Source: Clostridia bacterium | GTDB taxonomy: Bacteria > Bacillota > Clostridia > Christensenellales > CAG-917 | DNA: 53,800 nt | Direction: 5' to 3' | Assembly (NCBI GenBank): GCA_024405515.1 | Contig: JAKSOR010000004.1 | Span: forward strand, 1-53,800 | In this document: positions 53,511 through 53,800 of the stretch, piece by piece | Numbering within the stretch: position 1 is the stretch's first letter | Layout of the letters: each line of letters begins with the position of its first letter | Program-made: the position numbers and the translations under genes | Notes under the pieces: generated by a model | What the model was told of the DNA's origin: nothing | Database searches by the model: none | The model's input: the letters and a program-made list of their open reading frames with translations, nothing else

Positions 53511-53630
53511 AGTCTACCTCTGTGCACGTACACGTGCTTGATTATATGTATAGTAATGTTAGCACAACAAAACCTCAATTGCAATATTGACATAATGCCA
53601 AGAACCAATCTGTTATTAGGAAAGACAATT

Positions 53631-53800
53631 CTACCAATTTTCCTGCAACAGAAAATCTGCTATGTGCACAACTTTTATTCCGTTTACAGTCTGAACATCA
53701 TTCCTATCAGTTGTAACAACATACTTATGGTTAAAATCTTTTATTTCCTCAAGATTTCCAATTTCTCTATTTGAATCTTTTGGAAGCTTGCATGTTGCTT
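53631..53800 (-). CDS. C-terminal fragment of a probable AAA_14/DUF4143 ATP-binding protein (runs off the window)
   Basis: Not in the ORF track; minus frame from 53798 reads ATCKLPKDSNREIGNLEEIKDFNHKYVVTTDRNDVQTVNGIKVVHIADFLLQENW*, resembling the RE.G.L..IKD...KYV.T.D...GI...HI.DFLL tail of that family. Confidence 0.7.
   Translation of the reverse strand, partial: ATCKLPKDSNREIGNLEEIKDFNHKYVVTTDRNDVQTVNGIKVVHIADFLLQENW

Noticed and set aside
53538-53774. 78-aa plus-strand ORF at the window end
   Set aside because: Overlaps a better-supported minus-strand C-terminal fragment (53631-53800).

Overview
AT-rich chromosomal segment that looks like a low-GC Firmicute (Clostridia-like), inferred from gene content, Shine-Dalgarno usage and sigma-A promoters. 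Bases ~16.9-53.8 kb are mostly housekeeping genes, all on the minus strand and often translationally coupled: HAD hydrolase, M16 peptidase, pnp, rpsO, GH78 rhamnosidase, DUF2156-GNAT, valS, a pgsA-like gene, SGNH esterase, metA/metY, smpB, secG, ywlE/sua5, recO/era/ybeY/7TM-HD/phoH, dnaB, pepF, DUF1846, parC/parE and a lysophospholipase. Bases 1-16.9 kb form an accessory-looking block after a tRNA-Ser 3' end. It holds (i) an amino-acid ABC system with an apparently circularly permuted binding domain and a C-terminally extended ATPase, (ii) a 2344-aa modular surface lipoprotein with BspA-type LRRs, many Cys/His repeats and four DUF6273-like modules, one carrying a nested domain, (iii) a DUF975 gene, and (iv) a tandem array of three ~540-aa paralogues I cannot assign to any family. 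Each paralogue has its own terminator and a copy of a strongly conserved upstream element, making this array the best candidate for an undescribed system. No integrase, transposase, CRISPR array, rRNA or reverse transcriptase was seen. Family assignments come from motif recognition by eye; no searches were run.
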